A stretch of DNA of 64,000 nucleotides, from assembly GCF_963853765.1 (NCBI RefSeq), contig NC_088859.1:50220001-50284000 (forward strand), read 5' to 3'. The DNA is from Magallana gigas. Its lineage: Eukaryota. Of the stretch, positions 58,142-64,000 are shown piece after piece (within the stretch, counting starts at the first letter, position 1; every line of letters starts with the position of its first letter). The translations under genes and the position numbers were made by a program. A model generated the notes under the pieces. The model did not search any database and was not told the DNA's origin. It was given only the letters and a program-made list of their open reading frames with translations.

Positions 58142-61100
58142 TGTCAATATATCTCAAGTAGCTGTATATATAGACTGAAGATATATGCCTGACTTGCTAA
58201 TATCAACATTCTGCCGAGTCATCCACATAATATTACCACACAATTACTCAGATATCTCTCTTTATGTAGTCAGCTACTTGTGCATTTTGTTACAAATATC
58301 TTTATTTTTTGGCTGTTTTGTCAGTATATCTCAAGTAGCTGAATATATAGATTGAAGATATATGCCAGTCTTGCTAAAATCAACATTCTGTCAAGTCATC
58401 CACATAATATTACGACACAATTACTCAGATATCTCTCTTTATGTAGTCAGCTACTTGTGCGCTCCGTTACAAATATCTTTATTTTTTGGCGGTTTTGTCA
58501 ATATACCTCAAGTAGCTGAATATATAGATTGAAGATATATGTCAGACATGCTAATATAAACATTCTGTTAAGTCATCCACATAATATTACGACACAATTA
58601 CTCAGATATCTCTCTTGATGTAGTCAGCTACTTGTGCATTTTGTTACAAATATCTTTATCTTTTGGCGGTTTTGTCAATATCTCTCAAGTAGCTGAATAT
58701 ATAGATGTAAGATATATGCCAGTCTTGCTAAAATCAACATTCTGTCAAGTCATCCACATAATATTACGACACAATTACTCAGATATCTCAATTTATGTAG
58801 TCAGCTACTTGTGCGTTTCGTTACAAATATCTTTATTTTTTGGCTGTTTTGTCAGTATATCTCAAGTAGCTGAATATATAGATTGAAGATATATGCCAGT
58901 CTTGCTAAAATCAACATTCTGTCAAGTCATCCACATAATATTACGACACAATTACTCAGATATCTCTCTTTATGTAGTCAGCTACTTGTGCGCTCCGTTA
59001 CAAATATCTTTATTTTTTGGCGGTTTTGTCAATATACCTCAAGTAGCTGAATATATAGATTGAAGATATATGTCAGACATGCTAATATAAACATTCTGTT
59101 AAGTCATCCACATAATATTACGACACAATTACTCAGATATCTCTCTTGATGTAGTCAGCTACTTGTGCATTTTGTTACAAATATCTTTATCTTTTGGCGG
59201 TTTTGTCAATATCTCTCAAGTAGCTGAATATATAGATGTAAGATATATGCCAGTCTTGCTAAAATCAACATTCTGTCAAGTCATCCACATAATATTACGA
59301 CACAATTACTCAGATATCTCAATTTATGTAGTCAGCTACTTGTGCGTTTCGTTACAAATATCTTTATTTTTTGGCGGTTTTGTCAATATACCTCAAGTAG
59401 CTGAATATATAGACTGAAGATATATGTCAGACATGCTAATATCAACATTCTTTCAAGTCATCCACATAATATGATCACACAATTACTCAGATATCTCTCT
59501 TTATGTAGTCAGCTACTTGTGCATTTCGTTATAAATATCTTTATTTTTGGCAGTTTTATCAATATATCTCAAGTAGCTGAATATATAGATGTAAGAAATA
59601 TGCCAGTCTTGCTAAAATCTACATTCTGTCAAGTCATCCACATAATATAATCACACAATTACTCAGATATCTCTCTTGATGTAGTCAGCTATTTGTGCAT
59701 TTTGTCTCAAATATCATTCTTTTTTTGCGGTTTTGTCAATATACCTCAAGTAGCTGAATATATAGATTGAAGATATATGTCAGACATGCTAATATCAACA
59801 TTCTTTCAAGTCATCCACATAATATTACGACACAATTACTCAGATATCTCTCTTTATATTGTCAGCTACTTGTGCATTTCGTTATAAATATCTTTATTTT
59901 TGGCAGTTTTGTCAATATATCCCAAGTAGCTGAATATATAGATGTAAGATATATGCCAGTCTTGCTAAAATCAACATTCTCTCAAGTCATCCACATAATA
60001 TTACGACACAATTACTCAGATATCTCTCTTTATGTAGTCAGCTACTTGTGCGTTCCGTTACAAATATCTTTATTTTTTGGCGGTTTTGTCAATATACCTC
60101 AAGTAGCTGAATATATAGATTTCTTCAAATCATCTACATAATATTACAACACAATTACTCAGATATCTCTCTTGATGTAGTCAGCTACTTGTGCATTTCG
60201 TTATAAATATCTTTATTTTTGGCAGTTTTGTCAATATATCTCAAGTAGCTGAATATATAGATGTAAGAAATATGCCAGTCTTGCTAAAATCTACATTCTG
60301 TCAAGTCATCCACATAATTTAATCACACAATTACTTAGATATCTCTCTTGATGTAGTCAGCTACTTGTGCATTTTGTCTCAAATATCATTCTTTTTTTGC
60401 GGTTTTGTCAATATACCTCAAGTAGCTGAATATATAGATTGAAGATATATGTCAGACATGCTAATATCAACATTCTGTTAAGTCATCCACATAATATTAC
60501 GACACAATTACTCAGATATCTCTCTTTACATAGTCAGCTACTTGTGCATTTCGTTATAAATATCTTTATTTTTGGCAGTTTTGTCAATATATCCCAAGTA
60601 GCTGAATATATAGATGTAAGATATATGCCAGTCTTGCTAAAATCAACATTCTGTCAAGTCATCCACATAATATTACGACACAATTACTCAGATATCTCTC
60701 TTTATGTAGTCAGCTACTTGTGCGTTCCGTTACAAATATCTTTATATTTTGGCGGTTTTGTCAATATACCTCAAGTAGCTGAATATATAGATTGAAGATA
60801 TATGTCAGACATGCTAATATCAACATTCTGTTAAGTCATCCACATAATATTACGACACAATTACTCAGATATCTCTCTTTATATAGTCAGCTACTAGAGC
60901 ATTTTGTTACAAATATCTTTATTTTTTGGCGGTTTTGTCAATATATCTCAAGTAGCTGAATATATAGATGTAAGATATATGCCAGTCTTGCTAAAATCAA
61001 CATTCTGTCAAGTCATCCACATAATATTACGACACAATTACTCAGATATCTCAATTTATGTAGTCAGCTACTTGTGCGTTTCGTTACAAATATCTTTATT

Positions 61101-62160
61101 TTTTGGCGGTTTTGTCGATATATTTCAAGTAGCTGAATATATAGGTTGCAGATATATGCCAGTCTTGCTAATATCAACATTCTGTCAAGTCATCCACATA
61201 ATATGATCACACAATTACTCAGATATCTCTCTTTATGCAGTCAGGTACCTGTGCATTTCGTTACAAATATCATTCTTTTTTGGCGGTTTTGTCAATATAT
61301 CTCAAGCAACTGAATATATAGATTGAAGATATGTGCCAGACATGCTAATATAAACATTCTGTCAAGTCATCCACATAATATAATCACACAATTACTCAGA
61401 TATCTCTCTTTATGTAGTCAGCTATTTGTGCATTTTGTTTCAAATATCATTCTTTTTTGGCGGTTTTGTCGATATATTTCAAGTAGCTGAATATATAGAT
61501 TTAAGATATATGCCAGTTTTGCTAATATCAACATTCTGTCAAGTCATCCACATATTATGATCACACAATTACTCAGATATGTCTCTTTATGCAGTCAGGT
61601 ACCTGTGCATTTCGTTACAAATATCATTCTTTTTTGGCAGTTTTGTCAATACAGGTATATCTCAAGTAGCTGAATATATAGATTGAAGATATGTGCCAGA
61701 CATGCTAATATCAACATTCTGTCAAGTCATCCACATAATATAACGACACAATTACTCAGATATCTCTCTTTATGTAGTCAGCTACTTGTGCATTTCGTTA
61801 TAAATATCTTTATTTTTTGGCTGCTTTGTCAACATATCTCAAGTAGCTGAATATATAGATTGAAGATATAGGCCAGACATGCAAATATCAACATTCTGTC
61901 AAGTCATCCACATGATATAACCACACAATTACTCAGATATCTCTCTTTATATAGTCAGCTACTAGAGCATTTTGCTAAATATATCTTTATTTTTGGAGGT
62001 AATGTCATTTTATCTTAAGTACCTGTATACTTAGATTCAAGATATCTACAAGTCTGGTTAATTAGAACATTCTACAAGGTCGCCTATATGATATTGTTAC
62101 ACAATTGCTCAGATATCCCTTTAAATATCGTCAGCTTCTAAAACTTTTTATTACAAATAT
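58142..62160. repeat. 177-bp satellite array, ~23 monomers
   Basis: TCAAGTAGCT recurs at 58331, 58508, 58685 and onward (period 177). Monomers become more diverged at both array edges. Confidence 0.97.
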
Positions 62161-63141
62161 CTCTAAGTTCCCTTGTTTCTAAGAGGCAAGACGACTGCAC
62201 TAGGTTTTTTGATGAAAAATAGAAACACATAACATATTTGAAGATGAAAATAGACCATTTATTCAAATAAATGGCAAAGATGTTTTAAAAAACCCAGTAG
62301 ATATTGAGGGGTCAGATGGGACTAGAAACTGACCCCCTACATACAAAACAGAAAAAAGTATGGCCCTGAACAGATAGGTAAAGCTAGCTACTAGTAACTG
62401 GCAATGAAATGAAAGAAAAGTTAGCTGTATTGTATATATAACTTTACAACATTTTCTAAAAGAAACAGGTGTAACTTCACAACATAGGGTTTTGATGTTA
62501 TTTAAGTTCCTTCGTTTCAAAGGCAAAACTTTGTTTATTTCTTGAATTCCTTTTCCTACTATGAAATACATCTCTATCATATAAGGATATTATGTGGTGT
62601 TTATTACATACATAATGTACGAAGTCCAGAAAAAGAGCCAATAGACCTTAAATTTTATAATGAGAAAGCAAGTATTATGACTTAGCACTCATTATATGCA
62701 CATACAAATGAATAAAGTGACTAGCATAACAAACAACCAGCCAACCAAAACTAAGTTAAAATGAATAAACAACGAGTTCAAAAAACGTACGAATTCAAAT
62801 AAAGAATGGATTGACTTTGACAGTGTACCTAAACTCTTTGGTCAAACATATCAGAGCTTCCTAGCCAAAATAGATAAACAAAACAGATCAATGCTTGTGA
62901 TCTATTAATCCAACTTGTATAAACTAGATCATATGATATGCCTAATAAAGAAAAGAACAGACATATTGCTACAAGTCACAAACATGTATTTACATAATAT
63001 CGGTTCTGTTTTATTTATGAATGAACGTATTTGATCAAAACTTGATTACAGAAATTTCCAAGTCATAAAAAAAAATTCATTTCTTTTCTATCAATTCTGT
63101 CGATGCCTGTCATTTCAGGTGACACCTGAAAACTGATTCTC

Positions 63142-64000
63142 TCAGTTGCTCTTACTTTTGACATATATTAAATGGACAACTGTTTCATTTGATCTACATC
63201 TAAAACGTTCAAGTTTTACAAATCTGTTTTTATTTCGAAGACCATCATAACAATACCATGGCTCATCGGATTTAGACCTCACCAACAAACAGAAGTGGCC
63301 ATGTCTATTCAGAGTTGCTGCATACAAATCGTACAGCTGGTCAACAACGTTGATGGGATCTTCTAAGGAACTGATTATCAGTCTGTCTTCAGCAGACGCC
63401 AAGTCAACTGATACAAATAATAATACAGGTATCGAATCAAAATGTTGAATCGTTTCTGTATTGCCACCACATCTTACGGGACAACGGGACGATGTTCCAT
63501 GTTCCCAATCAAATAAAAGGTCTTGGATTGTATTTTGGTTACTCCTTCCGAGCCCTAATTCGATAAGGTCATGTCGGAAGGACCTTCTCTCAGAACACTC
63601 AATACATTTTTTTTGAGTAATGTGTCGTTGTGGGCTAACTAAGTGTTTCACTGCCATTTCAAATTCAGAGCCAAACAAATCTACATTCGAGCCATGTTTC
63701 CGTAGCAGGTCTTTAACAAACTTTACTTTTGCCATTGTCCACTGCCGTTTTTGCATGTCATTTAGACAAATCTCCAACACTAACTGGATCGCAGTGTCTT
63801 TACACTGAGAAAGCTTTTGCTTGACATCTGAACGAGAAACTATGATTATGTGCAAAGCAGTAAGAATGTTGTCAACAGTACAAGTGTTTGACAGTGAAAT
63901 GCCTGTATAATCTTTGTCAAAGCCACCCCATCTCATGGCATTTTCGTCTGTGAAGTCAAATGATGACTTTCCTGAACTCGTACAATCTTCCTCTTTCTTT
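63142..64000 (-). CDS. 5'-truncated intronless ORF with a USP-like (papain-fold) peptidase domain of the C14orf28 type
   Basis: The frame stays open from 63142 to the window edge (KKEEDCTSSGKSSFDFTDENA upstream of the listed Met). Cys-box-like WGG...ISLSNTCTVDNIL, VDLFGSE, CxxC pairs, His-box-like YDLYAATLNRHGHF...WYCYDGLRN...LIYVK. Family recognised from memory, not by search. Confidence 0.65.
   Translation of the reverse strand, partial: KKEEDCTSSGKSSFDFTDENAMRWGGFDKDYTGISLSNTCTVDNILTALHIIIVSRSDVKQKLSQCKDTAIQLVLEICLNDMQKRQWTMAKVKFVKDLLRKHGSNVDLFGSEFEMAVKHLVSPQRHITQKKCIECSERRSFRHDLIELGLGRSNQNTIQDLLFDWEHGTSSRCPVRCGGNTETIQHFDSIPVLLFVSVDLASAEDRLIISSLEDPINVVDQLYDLYAATLNRHGHFCLLVRSKSDEPWYCYDGLRNKNRFVKLERFRCRSNETVVHLIYVKSKSN

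Noticed and set aside
58632-61206. Repeated 84-124 aa ORFs in the 177-bp array
   Set aside because: Satellite read-through with recurrent stops and no protein-like features.

Overview
AT-rich eukaryotic genomic DNA with spliced genes. The repeat landscape suggests a bivalve, probably an oyster (inference). The left half holds four RNA-processing genes in two head-to-head pairs: a DDX46-like gene (-, partial) with GAR1 (+), and hnRNP L (-, intronless CDS) with ZNF207/BuGZ (+). GAR1 and ZNF207 each carry a U12-type intron. The right half holds three intact 4-exon genes plus one dead exon for small secreted 14-Cys prokineticin/astakine-like proteins, two tandem prostanoid-type GPCR genes, a ~4 kb 177-bp satellite and a 5'-truncated ORF with a USP-like, C14orf28-type peptidase domain. 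Non-autonomous transposons are abundant. The most unusual signal is downstream of the ZNF207 stop codon: four copies of a 53-66 nt four-way-junction motif with compensatory stem changes, three of them 7-12 nt after a 5' splice-site-like sequence. Exon boundaries were read by eye and checked for frame. No database searches or folding programs were run, so family names are recognitions from memory.
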